From the NCBI GenBank assembly GCA_002719295.1, contig PBHC01000012.1:133212-197211 (forward strand): a stretch of 64,000 nucleotides of DNA. The letters run 5' to 3'. A program made the position numbers and the translations under genes. The notes beneath the pieces were generated by a model that was not told the DNA's origin, ran no database searches, and worked only from the letters and a program-made list of their open reading frames with translations. This stretch comes from Chloroflexota bacterium. Its GTDB lineage: Bacteria; Chloroflexota; Dehalococcoidia; Lucifugimonadales; Lucifugimonadaceae. Positions 50,253 to 60,938 of the stretch are shown in pieces; the first letter of the stretch is position 1, and every line of letters starts with the position of its first letter.

Positions 50253-50332
50253 AACTTACTATTAATCTACTTTATAATTTTGAATGAAAATGTCACTATT
50301 ATAAGAGTGACAACTCTTCAAATAAAATATTA

Positions 50333-51754
50333 TTGTTTATGGCTATAGAATCATTAAATGAGGAATGTGGAGTATTTGGGATTTACGATCCTAATGAATC
50401 TGTAGCTGAATCTATTTATTTAGGTCTTTTTGCTCTTCAGCATAGAGGTCAGGAAAGTGCAGGGATTGCAACTTCTGATGAAACTAAATTTTATACTAAA
50501 AAAGACACAGGCCTTATTGCTAATGTATTTAATGATTTTGACGTTAAAGAATTAAAAGGTGGGATTGGAATTGGACATACAAGGTATTCAACTACTGGAA
50601 GTGATTCTAAACAAAATGCACAACCTTTGATTGTTCAAGGCATTAATGGAGAACTTGCACTGGGACATAATGGGAACATTGTAAATTCAGAAGAATTAAA
50701 AGATAAATATTTATCTGAATTTGATATTGATTATATTACTACTGCTGATACTGAAGTTATTGCATATATGTACGTAAATTCAGTAGGTAAAGATTGGTTT
50801 GAAAAATCTAATTATTGTATGAGGTATATAAAAGGAGCTTTTTCTCTTGTTATGATGACAAAAGATGAATTGATTGGAGTAAGAGATCCTTTAGGTATAA
50901 GGCCGTTATGCTTGGGGAAAAAAAATGATTCTTGGATTTTGTCTTCTGAATCTTCAGCTTTATCTCATATAGGTGCAGAATTTGTAAGAGAAATTGACAA
51001 TGGAGAAACTATAGTTATAAATAAATCTGGGATTAAATCTTCTAAATATAACTCAAGTTCAAAAGATCATAAAATGTGTATCTTTGAGCAAATATATTTT
51101 TCTAGACCAGATTCAGTTATTGACGGACAATTAACTTATGAATCTAGAATAAAAATGGGTAAAAGCTTAGCGAAGGAACATGCAGTTGATGCAGATATTG
51201 TGGTCGGAGTCCCTGATTCAGCTATACCTGCAGCTATAGGCTACTCAAATGAAAGTAAAATTCCTTATACTGAAGGATTGATTAGAAATAGATATGTTGG
51301 TAGAACCTTTATTTCTCCAAATCAAAAGTTAAGAGAACTAGGAGTCAAAACAAAGTTTAATGTCTTAAATGAGGTGGTTAAAAACAAGAGAGTTGTATTA
51401 ATTGATGATTCTATAGTTAGAGGTACAACAACATCTAGAGTTATAGAAATGATAAAAGATGCTGGAGCAAAGGAAATTCATATGAGAGTATCTTCTCCTC
51501 CAATTACCTCTCCATGTTTCTTTGGGGTTGATATGGCTACAAGTTCTGAATTAATTGCCAATCAATTTAATGTTGAAGAAATTAGAAAAATTATAGGGGC
51601 TGATACATTGGGATTCTTGAGTATAGATGCTTTAGAAAAATCTGTTAATTCTAAAAAAGGTGATTATTGTAAAGCATGCTTTACTGGTAATTACCCTATG
51701 CCAGTACAGTTAGACTTTGATAAGTTTCATTTGGAAAAAATTAAACAAAAGTAA
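50333..51754 (+). CDS. purF: amidophosphoribosyltransferase
   Basis: EECGVFG, LQHRGQESAG, GHTRYST, DDSIVRGTT. Confidence 0.97.
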   Translation: MFMAIESLNEECGVFGIYDPNESVAESIYLGLFALQHRGQESAGIATSDETKFYTKKDTGLIANVFNDFDVKELKGGIGIGHTRYSTTGSDSKQNAQPLIVQGINGELALGHNGNIVNSEELKDKYLSEFDIDYITTADTEVIAYMYVNSVGKDWFEKSNYCMRYIKGAFSLVMMTKDELIGVRDPLGIRPLCLGKKNDSWILSSESSALSHIGAEFVREIDNGETIVINKSGIKSSKYNSSSKDHKMCIFEQIYFSRPDSVIDGQLTYESRIKMGKSLAKEHAVDADIVVGVPDSAIPAAIGYSNESKIPYTEGLIRNRYVGRTFISPNQKLRELGVKTKFNVLNEVVKNKRVVLIDDSIVRGTTTSRVIEMIKDAGAKEIHMRVSSPPITSPCFFGVDMATSSELIANQFNVEEIRKIIGADTLGFLSIDALEKSVNSKKGDYCKACFTGNYPMPVQLDFDKFHLEKIKQK

Positions 51755-51759
51755 ATATT

Positions 51760-52779
51760 ATGACAAGTAATTATAAAAAATCAGGAGTCGATCTTGAAAA
51801 ATCTGATCTTATTAAGGATAAATTGATCAAATCTGTTAAGAGCACACATAATAAAAATGTGCTTAATAATTCGGATGGATTTGGGGGGTTGTTTTCTCCT
51901 GATAATTTTGATAAAAATTCCGTTTTAGTTTCAACAACAGATTCAGTAGGAACAAAAGTAAAAATTTCTGCAAAATTAGGATTACACAAAAATCTTGGTA
52001 TAGATATCGTAAATCACTGTATAAATGATCTTATTCCACAAGGAGCCAAGCCTTTATTTTTTTTAGATTATTTAGCATTTGCAAACTTAGATGAAAAAAT
52101 AGTTTTAGATGTAGTTGAAGGAATTTCTGAGGCTTGTTCTAAAGTTAACTGTGCAGTAATTGGAGGAGAAACGGCTACTTTACCTGGTGTATATAATGAA
52201 GGTGATTATGATGTGGTGGGTTTTATGGTTGGGTCAGTAACTAAAGAAAATCTTATGCTTAAATCAGATACAAAAGAAGGAGATATATTAATAGGATTAC
52301 CTTCAAGCGGTCTTCACACTAATGGATTTTCGTTGGTAAGATCAATATTTAATTCAGATGATGACATATCAGTCTTATCTCAGAATATAAAAGGAGAAAC
52401 TAGGAATTTAGGAGAACTTTTAGCAGAGCCACATAGAGAATACCTTACATCTATTGATCCTGTTTTAAGTTTAATTTCTGGAATATCACACATTACAGGA
52501 GGAGGATTAAGCAAAAATCTTCCAAGAGTTTTTAATGAAAATTTAGTTGCAAAAATAAGTAAGAAATCTTGGGAAATACCTCCTTTATTTATGCATATAA
52601 TGTCTGAAGGTAAAGTTTCAGAAAGCGAAATGTTTGATGTGTTTAATATGGGAGTAGGGCTAATTCTAATTGTTGACCCTTCTAACAAGAATCAAATCTT
52701 GAATGCTTGTAAAGACTCATGGATTTTAGGAGAAATTCAAACTAAAAAAGATAATGAACAAAATGTTCAAATAATATAG
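51760..52779 (+). CDS. purM: phosphoribosylformylglycinamidine cyclo-ligase
   Basis: YKKSGVD, VGTK, GGETA, SSGLHTNGFS, HITGGG, FNMGVG. Confidence 0.97.
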   Translation: MTSNYKKSGVDLEKSDLIKDKLIKSVKSTHNKNVLNNSDGFGGLFSPDNFDKNSVLVSTTDSVGTKVKISAKLGLHKNLGIDIVNHCINDLIPQGAKPLFFLDYLAFANLDEKIVLDVVEGISEACSKVNCAVIGGETATLPGVYNEGDYDVVGFMVGSVTKENLMLKSDTKEGDILIGLPSSGLHTNGFSLVRSIFNSDDDISVLSQNIKGETRNLGELLAEPHREYLTSIDPVLSLISGISHITGGGLSKNLPRVFNENLVAKISKKSWEIPPLFMHIMSEGKVSESEMFDVFNMGVGLILIVDPSNKNQILNACKDSWILGEIQTKKDNEQNVQII

Positions 52780-52791
52780 TTAGGATTTTTT

Positions 52792-54306
52792 ATGAAAGCA
52801 CTTATAAGCGTTTATGACAAAGAAGGGCTTGAACAGCTTTGTGACACTCTAAAATCAATCAATTGTGAAATTTATTCTACTGGAGGAACCTTAAAGTTCA
52901 TTCAAAGTAAAGGATATAAAGTGCACTCAATCTTTGAAATCACAGGTCATGATGAAATTCTTGAAGGAAGAGTGAAAACTTTGCATCCAAATATTCATGC
53001 AGGAATCCTTGCTGACCCTGATAATCCTAATCATATTTCTGATATAAAAAAATTAAATTTAGAATTATTTGATATTGTTGTTAATAATTTGTATCCTTTT
53101 GAAAAAGTCTCAAATGATCCAAATTCTACTTATAGTGAAATTATTGAAAATATAGACATAGGAGGTCCTTCTATGTTAAGAGCTGCGGCTAAAAATTTTA
53201 AACGAATGATAGTTCTTTATGACCCGAATGATTATGCTTATATTTCTGAAAAATTGAAAAAAAACTCTATAGATCTTGAAACTAGAAAAAAACTCGCAAC
53301 TAAGATTTTTAAAATAACCTCCGAGTATGACAAAAAAATATTTAAATTTTTAAATAATGAAACTAATTTGGATGTTATGCCAAATAAGCTAGATCTAACC
53401 TTAAATAAATTGATGGATCTTAGATATGGTGAAAATCCTCATCAAAAAGGTGCTATTTATTCAAATCAAAAAAATGGAATTGCCAATTTAAAATTGCTAC
53501 ATGGTAAAGCAATGTCTTATTTAAATTATTTAGATGCTGACGCTGCATTTTATGCTGCTAATTCTTTTTCAGATAAGTGTGTATCTATAGTAAAGCATAC
53601 TAATTCTTGTGGACTTTCTTCTCAAACAACTCAATTGGAGGCTTATAAACTTGCTCTAAGAGGTGACCCTGTTTCAGCATTTGGAGGAATTGTAGGATTA
53701 AATACAGAGATGGAGCTTGAAACTGCAGAGGAAATATCTAAAACTTTTTATGATGTAATAATCGCTCCAAGTTTTTCTAAAGAATCACTAGAAATTTTAA
53801 CTTCAAAAAAAAATGTAAGACTTATTTCATCTGATTTTGCTAAGCAAAATTTTGAGTTTAGAACGATAAATGGAGGCTTACTTTTACAAGAAAAAGATAA
53901 TTTTATTGAAAATATAAACGATTGGAATTTTGTTACAAAAATTAAGCCTTCAAAAACTGATTTAGAGAATCTACTATTTTCATGGAATTCAACCAAGTTT
54001 GTAAAATCTAATGCTATTGTAATAACTGAAGGGAAATCAATAATAGGAATAGGGTCAGGTCAACCAAATCGAGTTAACAGCGTGAATTTAGCTGTAGAAA
54101 AGGCATCTGAACATATAACAGATAATTCAATTTTATCATCTGATGCTTTTTTCCCTTTTCCTGACAGTATTGAACTGGCAGTAAAACATAATATTAAAAC
54201 TATTGTTCAACCTGGAGGATCAATTAGAGACAAAGAAGTAATAGAAAAGGCTAATGAATTGAAAGTAAAAATGATCTTTACAAATAAAAGGCATTTTTCG
54301 CACTAA
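52792..54306 (+). CDS. purH: AICAR transformylase/IMP cyclohydrolase
   Basis: ALISVYDK, GRVKTLHP, IDIGGP, RYGENPHQ, SDAFFPF, RHFSH. Confidence 0.97.
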   Translation: MKALISVYDKEGLEQLCDTLKSINCEIYSTGGTLKFIQSKGYKVHSIFEITGHDEILEGRVKTLHPNIHAGILADPDNPNHISDIKKLNLELFDIVVNNLYPFEKVSNDPNSTYSEIIENIDIGGPSMLRAAAKNFKRMIVLYDPNDYAYISEKLKKNSIDLETRKKLATKIFKITSEYDKKIFKFLNNETNLDVMPNKLDLTLNKLMDLRYGENPHQKGAIYSNQKNGIANLKLLHGKAMSYLNYLDADAAFYAANSFSDKCVSIVKHTNSCGLSSQTTQLEAYKLALRGDPVSAFGGIVGLNTEMELETAEEISKTFYDVIIAPSFSKESLEILTSKKNVRLISSDFAKQNFEFRTINGGLLLQEKDNFIENINDWNFVTKIKPSKTDLENLLFSWNSTKFVKSNAIVITEGKSIIGIGSGQPNRVNSVNLAVEKASEHITDNSILSSDAFFPFPDSIELAVKHNIKTIVQPGGSIRDKEVIEKANELKVKMIFTNKRHFSH

Positions 54307-54311
54307 ATATT

Positions 54312-55034
54312 ATGAAAATCGAGGTAATTTTTCCAGTATACAATGAAGCACAAACATTAAATCAACAAATAAAAAAATTTAATGATTTTTTTGATTCTGA
54401 CTTTAGAAAAGACCTTTGCATAACAATAGCTGACAATGGATCAAATGACCCTACTCCTAAAATATGTAAAAACCTTCTAAATAATAAATTAATAGATAAC
54501 TACTTATTTATACCTGAGAAAGGTAGAGGAAGGGCTATAAAAAAATCAATTAAGAGTTCTAAGGCTGATATTGTCTCTTATATGGATATTGATTTATCAA
54601 CAGATTTGTCTCATTTTAAACCCTTAATTGAATCTATAGCCATGATTGGAAATGATATATCCATAGGTTCTAGGTTATCTAAAGAATCAAAAGTTATAGG
54701 AAGAAAAAAAATAAGAGAATTTACTTCCCGAGCCTACAATATATTAATTAAGTTTTTTTTTCCTAAGAGCAGAATTAGCGATATGCAATGTGGATTTAAA
54801 GCTTTTTCTAGATTGAAAATTTTAAAAATACTAGATTTTGTTGAAAATAATAGATGGTTTTTTGATACTGAATTGATTTTGTTAGCAAGAAAATTTAATC
54901 TAAAAATTGATCAAATCCCTGTAAAATGGACTGATGATCCTAATACAAGCGTCAATATAATTAGCACAGCGATAGAGGATATAGTAGGATTAACTAAATT
55001 GAGATTCAAATTATTTAAAAAAATAGATATTTAA
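54312..55034 (+). CDS. GT2 glycosyltransferase (polyprenol-phosphate glycosyltransferase-like)
   Basis: PVYNE, DNGS.D, GRG.A, YMDIDLS, DMQCGFK, WFFDTE. Confidence 0.88.
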   Translation: MKIEVIFPVYNEAQTLNQQIKKFNDFFDSDFRKDLCITIADNGSNDPTPKICKNLLNNKLIDNYLFIPEKGRGRAIKKSIKSSKADIVSYMDIDLSTDLSHFKPLIESIAMIGNDISIGSRLSKESKVIGRKKIREFTSRAYNILIKFFFPKSRISDMQCGFKAFSRLKILKILDFVENNRWFFDTELILLARKFNLKIDQIPVKWTDDPNTSVNIISTAIEDIVGLTKLRFKLFKKIDI

Positions 55035-55035
55035 A

Positions 55036-56037
55036 ATGACTAATAACCCAAAACAACAAGTAGACAGATCTATAATCGTTGGAGAAACTTCAGAAATTTA
55101 CCTTCACAGAACTCTCAATATTCTTAGAAATGAAGGATTGAACCCTTTTGTAACTTATGAAATTGAATCAACTAACTCTGGAATTATATGTGGTATCAAT
55201 CAAATTATTGATTTGCTAGATAATGTATTGCCTGAAGCTGACAGAGAATTGTGGGCATTACAAGAAGGAAATGAGGTCACAGAAAATGAAGTTGTACTAA
55301 GAATTAAGGCAAGATTTGCAAGTTTTGGGCTATATGAAACTTCTTTATTGGGGACCTTGACTTCATGTTCATCTTGGGCAACTGCAGCTCATAATTGCGT
55401 AGTTGCGGCATCTGGAATTCCTGTAGTAAGTTTTGCATCAAGATCTGTACATCCATCTGTTGCGGGCCAAGTTGATTATTCGGCTTATGTAGGAGGCTGT
55501 TCTGCAGTAAGTTCTCTTATAGGAGGAAAATTAACCCAAACAACACCATCAGGAACAATGCCACACTCATTAGTTTTAATTATGGGTGAAACAGTAAGAG
55601 CAGCGCTTGCTTTTGATAGACACATGGAAAAAAATGTCCCTAGAGTTGTATTGATTGATACATTCAAAGATGAAGCAGAAGAAGCTATTCAAGTTGGAAA
55701 AGCCATGAAAGAAACACTAAGAGGAATAAGAATAGAAACCCCTATTGAAAGAGGTGGAATTACTCCACATCTCGTTGATGAAATAAATAAAAAATTAGAA
55801 GATGAGCAAATAACAGGCTGCGATATTTATGTTAGTGGAGACATGAATCCAGATGATATTAAGCAATTTGTCGAAAACGAGTCTAGTGTTGCAGGCTTTG
55901 CAATAGATAATTACATAGCTAGAGGCTCTAAAATTAATTTTAGAGCTGATATAAAAGAAATTGAAGGGAAAGCTATAGCTAGGCGTGGAAGGATGCCTGG
56001 GATGAATATTTCATCAAGGCTAGATAGGATTTTCTAA
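55036..56037 (+). CDS. pncB: nicotinate phosphoribosyltransferase-like protein (divergent)
   Basis: YET..LG.L, SWATAA, SGTMPHS, LIDTF, ADIKEIEGK. Confidence 0.75.
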   Translation: MTNNPKQQVDRSIIVGETSEIYLHRTLNILRNEGLNPFVTYEIESTNSGIICGINQIIDLLDNVLPEADRELWALQEGNEVTENEVVLRIKARFASFGLYETSLLGTLTSCSSWATAAHNCVVAASGIPVVSFASRSVHPSVAGQVDYSAYVGGCSAVSSLIGGKLTQTTPSGTMPHSLVLIMGETVRAALAFDRHMEKNVPRVVLIDTFKDEAEEAIQVGKAMKETLRGIRIETPIERGGITPHLVDEINKKLEDEQITGCDIYVSGDMNPDDIKQFVENESSVAGFAIDNYIARGSKINFRADIKEIEGKAIARRGRMPGMNISSRLDRIF

Positions 56038-57357
56038 TAATTTTATCTCAAGTACTTTTTTATTATTTTTTTCAACATAGGAGCTTATAGATTGTTTAAT
56101 CCCAACAATCCATAAAATTTCATTATTTGATTCTAAAATTAGTGCATTTTTTTTATCTTTTATATTTTTATAATTTGATAAGACTTTTTTTACTCTTGTA
56201 TAAATATTTGAGATTGAATTTATTCTGTCCCCATTATTCCTTATTCTTATATATAAATTTTGATCATAATACTTTTCATTGATGTAAATTAAATTTTTAT
56301 TTGTTTGCTTTATATTTTGAGGTTTATTGATAACTCTAGTTATTATTTGAAAATCTTGGCTTAATATAGTTTTTCCAGGGATTGAAATTTTTTTATTTAA
56401 TTCTAATTTGATTTTTTTTTCAGATAAATCCTCAAAAACCAAATTATCATCATTTCTAAATAGTCTTATATTTTCAGGTAGATTTTGTGATAGAGAATTA
56501 CCTAAAAGTATATTCTCAAACATTTCATAATGAGTTCTTCCAAGAAAAGAATTTATTCTAAGTTTTGAATATTCATAAGATAATAATTTTATCCCTTCAC
56601 TTATCTCAATCCCTTTATATTTTCCAAATTTAATTTTTTTTTTACTTTTTCTTTTTTTAATTAAATTTGACAGTGAATTTACTGAATCTAAAAACTTTGG
56701 ATTTATTTTTTCAATTTCTGGAATTATTTGATTTCTTAATTTGTTTCTTGAATAATCATTTTTTTTATTTGATGAATCAATAACAAATTCAAGATTTTTT
56801 TTATTGCAGATTTCTTCAATTAAAGGCTTTTTGATTTTAATCAATGGCCTGAAAATTTCTAAAGTATTTTCTTCAATCCTGATTTTATTCTTAAATTTTA
56901 TTCCTTCTAAACCATTTAATCCTGAACCTCTAATTATATTCAACATAATTGTTTCTACGTGATCATTGTAGTTATGACCTAAAAATATTTTGTTTGTTCT
57001 ATATTTTATTGATAAATCTCTAAAAAAATCCAATCTTATTTTACGTGCTTTTTCTTGTATCCCTTTAGAGTTTTTATCTAGAATATGAACATGCTTTTCT
57101 AATAATAGATTCTCATTTTTACAAATATTAGTAACTAAATTTTCATCTTTATCAGACTCATTTTCTCTGAGCTTATAATTTACATGAGCAACAATAAGAT
57201 TGTTTTTTGAATTTTTTATAGAATTGCTTAAAAAGTCTAGAAGTAATCTTGAATCGGGGCCTCCTGAAAAACCTAATATCACCTTAGATTCTCCTCTTAA
57301 TATATTGTCAGGTAGATCTAATCTTAACTTTTTGTAAATTTCATTAATTTTCAACAT
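56020..57357 (-). CDS. tilS: tRNA(Ile)-lysidine synthase
   Basis: SGGPDS, HVNY.LR, HNYNDHVET, RPL, DSSN, RNKLR. Confidence 0.93.
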   Translation of the reverse strand: MLKINEIYKKLRLDLPDNILRGESKVILGFSGGPDSRLLLDFLSNSIKNSKNNLIVAHVNYKLRENESDKDENLVTNICKNENLLLEKHVHILDKNSKGIQEKARKIRLDFFRDLSIKYRTNKIFLGHNYNDHVETIMLNIIRGSGLNGLEGIKFKNKIRIEENTLEIFRPLIKIKKPLIEEICNKKNLEFVIDSSNKKNDYSRNKLRNQIIPEIEKINPKFLDSVNSLSNLIKKRKSKKKIKFGKYKGIEISEGIKLLSYEYSKLRINSFLGRTHYEMFENILLGNSLSQNLPENIRLFRNDDNLVFEDLSEKKIKLELNKKISIPGKTILSQDFQIITRVINKPQNIKQTNKNLIYINEKYYDQNLYIRIRNNGDRINSISNIYTRVKKVLSNYKNIKDKKNALILESNNEILWIVGIKQSISSYVEKNNKKVLEIKLLENPI

Positions 57358-58627
57358 TTTTTTTCGAAGTTATTGAAGGAACTCTAATTTGAATTTTTGA
57401 AATTTTATTTTTTTGGGTTTCAGTAATTGTAAATCTGATTCCATTAAAATTTGTTCTTGTATTTTTTTCTGGAATTGTTTGCAACCTATCTATTATAAAA
57501 CCAGCAAGTGTTTCGTATCTTCCTTCTGGTATGTCTAAGTTCATTTCATCATTTATTTCATTTATTGAGATACTAGCATCTACTAAATACAAGTCATTTG
57601 CTGTTTTATTGATTTTGTTGATGCTATCTCTACCTTCTTCTATACTTTCTCCTACAATTTTTTCTAAACATTTAGAGAGAGTTAAAATCCCAGAAATTTC
57701 ACCATATTCATCTATAGCTAAGGTTATTTTATTTCCAGTGTTCTGAAATTCTTCTAATAATTCGTCAAGTAATTTCATTTCAGGAGAAAATAAACCTTCT
57801 TTAATTAGCTGGTTAATCGAATTGTTTGTATCTGATGATTCATTTGATAAATATAGCATTACTTCTTTTACACTTATAATTCCCACTACTTCATCAAGAG
57901 ATCCGTCACATACAGGGAACCTTGTATGTGGTGTTTTCTTATAAATTTTCAAAAATGTATTTATTGAAATGTTTTTGTCTACCCATACTATTTCTGGTCT
58001 TGGAGTCATAATGTCTTTGATTTGTATTTCACCAAATCTAAAAACGTTCTCTAGCATTTCTCCTTGTGAAGACTCAACTGTTCCTTCTTCTTCACCTAAA
58101 TCAATAAGTTTTCTTAATTCTCCAGTTGTAACCATAGGATTTTCATCAATAGTAGATTTTAGAAATGTTTTTGTTATTATTTTTGGAACTAATGTGAATG
58201 ACCATACAGCTGGACCTGAGACATACATTAGGCCTCTAATTATATTAATGACAAATAATGACCATTTGTCAGCAATTCTTGTTGAAATTGATTTAGGAGT
58301 AAGTTCTCCAAAGGTAACAACTATTATTGTAGAAATAGCAGTTGCAATAGCTACACTAGTAAATCCCCCTTCTCCAAAAATGTTTATAATTAGAGCTCCA
58401 ACTAGGGTAGCAATAAGAACATTTAATAAATTTCCAAATAACAAAAGAGTTCCAAAAAACTTTTCATTCTCTTCCAAAGTTTTTTCTATTGCGCTTGCTT
58501 TCTTATTACCACGGTCAGATAAATTTCTTATTCTAACTCTGTTTACGGCTATTATTGAAGCCTCAGAAGCGCTGATGAATGCACTTCCCATAAGGGCTAA
58601 AACGATTATTATAATTAAAACTTCCAC
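57344..58627 (-). CDS. CNNM/hemolysin-family transporter (DUF21-CBS-CorC)
   Basis: SASE, GELTPK, IMTPR, HTRFPV, DEYG, YETLAG. Confidence 0.92.
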   Translation of the reverse strand: MEVLIIIIVLALMGSAFISASEASIIAVNRVRIRNLSDRGNKKASAIEKTLEENEKFFGTLLLFGNLLNVLIATLVGALIINIFGEGGFTSVAIATAISTIIVVTFGELTPKSISTRIADKWSLFVINIIRGLMYVSGPAVWSFTLVPKIITKTFLKSTIDENPMVTTGELRKLIDLGEEEGTVESSQGEMLENVFRFGEIQIKDIMTPRPEIVWVDKNISINTFLKIYKKTPHTRFPVCDGSLDEVVGIISVKEVMLYLSNESSDTNNSINQLIKEGLFSPEMKLLDELLEEFQNTGNKITLAIDEYGEISGILTLSKCLEKIVGESIEEGRDSINKINKTANDLYLVDASISINEINDEMNLDIPEGRYETLAGFIIDRLQTIPEKNTRTNFNGIRFTITETQKNKISKIQIRVPSITSKKNVEN

Positions 58628-58681
58628 AATATGATTTTACAATTAAATTCATATATCAAGAAATTTTTTTTTAATTTTTGG

Positions 58682-59713
58682 CTAAGTAAGATCCTCTTCG
58701 TTCGTAGGATCTTCAATAGGATTTAATATTAAGTCTTCTATTTTATTAGAAATTTCTTCATTGTTTTTTAAGTATTTTCTTACAGATTCTCTGCCCTGTC
58801 CAAGCCTTTCCCCTTCAAAAGAATAGAAAGAACCGCTTTTTTCTATAATATTTTTAGTTACTCCTATGTCTAGAATTTCTGCTTCTTTTGAAATCCCTTC
58901 ATTATATAGAATTTCCAGTTCAGCTTTTTTAAACGGAGGGGCTACTTTATTCTTGACTACTCTTACCCTTACTTTATTACCTATCAATTCTTCTCCTATT
59001 TTTATTGATTCAGATCTTCTAAGGTCTATTCTAACTGAACTATAAAATTTGAGAGCCCTACCTCCTGGAGTTACTTCTGGAGAACCAAATATTACACCAA
59101 CTTTTTCTCTCAGTTGATTTATAAATATGCAAGTTGTATTTGTTTTATGTACAGTCGCTGTTAATTTTCTTAGGGCTTGAGACATAAGTCTTGCTTGTGC
59201 ACCTATATGATAGTCTCCCATTTCTCCTTCTAATTCTGCCCTTGGAACTAGAGCTGCGACAGAGTCAACTACTATGATGTCTAATGCTCCGGAAGCTACA
59301 AGATGGTCTGTTATTTCCAAAGCTTCTTCTGCTGAGTTAGGCTGGGAAATTAGTAACTCTTTATTATTAACCCCTATTTTTTGAGCATAACTAGGGTCCA
59401 TTGCATGTTCAACATCAATATATGCAGCTTGCCCTCCGTTTTTTTGAGCTTGTGCTAGGCACGATAATGCCAGTGTACTTTTTCCAGCACTTTCTGCTCC
59501 AAATATTTCAACAATACGGCCTCTTGGGACTCCTCCGATTCCTAAAGCTAAATCTAATCCCATAGAACCAGTAGAAATAGACTGTATTTTTTCTGAACCG
59601 TCAGTTGACTCATTCATTCGCATCACAGCGCCCTTACCAAAACTTTTTTCTATTTGCTCTATAGTTAGCTCTATAGCTTTATTCTCAGTTTTAACGGTTT
59701 TTTTGTTAGCCAC
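58682..59713 (-). CDS. recA: recombinase RecA
   Basis: [36 protein letters not shown]. Confidence 0.98.
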   Translation of the reverse strand: MANKKTVKTENKAIELTIEQIEKSFGKGAVMRMNESTDGSEKIQSISTGSMGLDLALGIGGVPRGRIVEIFGAESAGKSTLALSCLAQAQKNGGQAAYIDVEHAMDPSYAQKIGVNNKELLISQPNSAEEALEITDHLVASGALDIIVVDSVAALVPRAELEGEMGDYHIGAQARLMSQALRKLTATVHKTNTTCIFINQLREKVGVIFGSPEVTPGGRALKFYSSVRIDLRRSESIKIGEELIGNKVRVRVVKNKVAPPFKKAELEILYNEGISKEAEILDIGVTKNIIEKSGSFYSFEGERLGQGRESVRKYLKNNEEISNKIEDLILNPIEDPTNEEDLT

Positions 59714-59749
59714 TTTTGTATCTCCTAGATGTTAGTATTTAAACAATAT

Positions 59750-59763
59750 AGCACAAATGTTCT
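59750..59763. promoter_or_regulatory. LexA box in the recA promoter
   Basis: Minus strand AGAAC-ATTT-GTGCT between TTGAGA (59774-59769) and TATATT (59750-59745). Confidence 0.8.
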
Positions 59764-59796
59764 AAATTTCTCAAGCTATATGTCTTTGGTGTTTTT

Positions 59797-60906
59797 TTAA
59801 TCTGGTCTTGCCTGTAAGTCAACTTCTATATCCATGTATTGATAATCCCTTACTACTTCTATTTTTACTATATCCCCGGCCTTGGTGTTAAGTGCTAAAT
59901 AGGACATTAAGTCTTCAAATGTATCTACTTTGTATGAGTCAATCTTAGTGATGATGTCACCATCAAAATTTAAATCAGGCTGAATTGAAGTATCTCCTTT
60001 TATGCCTGCTAAATGAGCTGGTCCTTCATTTAGAACATCTAGAATCAATACACCTTTAAAATTTTCTTCTACATCTGCTCTTATTCTTGAACCGTAGTCT
60101 AAGTTCAATGCATTTATTCCAAGGTAAGAATACAAATGATCATCACCATTTATAATACTAGGTACAACTTGCTTCGCTAAGTTTATCGGTACTGCAAACC
60201 CTACCCCTGAATTTTGCCTCGAATTGCTCTTGATTTGAGTATTTATTCCTATAACTTTACCTTTGGAGTTTAGTAAAGGGCCTCCAGAATTTCCAGGATT
60301 AATTGCAGCATCAGTTTGTATAACGCTAGGAATTTTATAAGGTGTAAATGTTGAATCTAGGGTTCTCCCTATAGCACTAACTATACCAGTTGTTAGTGTA
60401 AATTCTTGATCGAATGGACTTCCTATTGCAAGAGTCAATTCCCCTGGTGAAATAATATCTGAGTCATATAAATCTAGTGGAGTCGTTGTAGTTTTATTAA
60501 TCTTTATAACTGCTAAATCCGAATATGAATCATATCCTTTAATTTCGGCTAAGTATTCATCATTTGTATATGTTCGTACTAAAATTGAGGTGTTTCGAGA
60601 AGATATTGCTGGTTGAATCACATGATAATTTGTAAGAATATTTCCTTCTTTGTCCCAAAAAAAACCAGCTCCAGCTCCAGATTTATTTGTTGGTATCCCC
60701 ATAGAATCTTCATTATAAAGATTTATCTGAACTACTGATTCAACGACTTCAGAAAAAATAGTTTTGTAATGAGATTCAAAAATCTCGGAAATTTCTACTG
60801 GGCTATATTCTTTTACTGTTCCAGATTCCTCCCAATTTTGAGTGTCACACCCAAGTATAATAATTGAGGAAATTAATATTACAATTAATGATTTTTTTTT
60901 ATTCAT
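59797..60906 (-). CDS. HtrA/S1C serine protease lipoprotein with PDZ domain
   Basis: Lipobox ILGC; TNYHV, DLAV, GNSGGPL catalytic triad; C-terminal PDZ. Confidence 0.93.
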   Translation of the reverse strand: MNKKKSLIVILISSIIILGCDTQNWEESGTVKEYSPVEISEIFESHYKTIFSEVVESVVQINLYNEDSMGIPTNKSGAGAGFFWDKEGNILTNYHVIQPAISSRNTSILVRTYTNDEYLAEIKGYDSYSDLAVIKINKTTTTPLDLYDSDIISPGELTLAIGSPFDQEFTLTTGIVSAIGRTLDSTFTPYKIPSVIQTDAAINPGNSGGPLLNSKGKVIGINTQIKSNSRQNSGVGFAVPINLAKQVVPSIINGDDHLYSYLGINALNLDYGSRIRADVEENFKGVLILDVLNEGPAHLAGIKGDTSIQPDLNFDGDIITKIDSYKVDTFEDLMSYLALNTKAGDIVKIEVVRDYQYMDIEVDLQARPD

Positions 60907-60938
60907 AGTAATAATTATAGTTTACAAATATGAATTTT

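Noticed and set aside
57969..58634. 221-aa antisense ORF and the many other short overlapping ORFs in the track (for example 6451-6831, 39172-39567, 47872-48300)
   Set aside because: Shadow frames of well-supported genes with no motifs of their own
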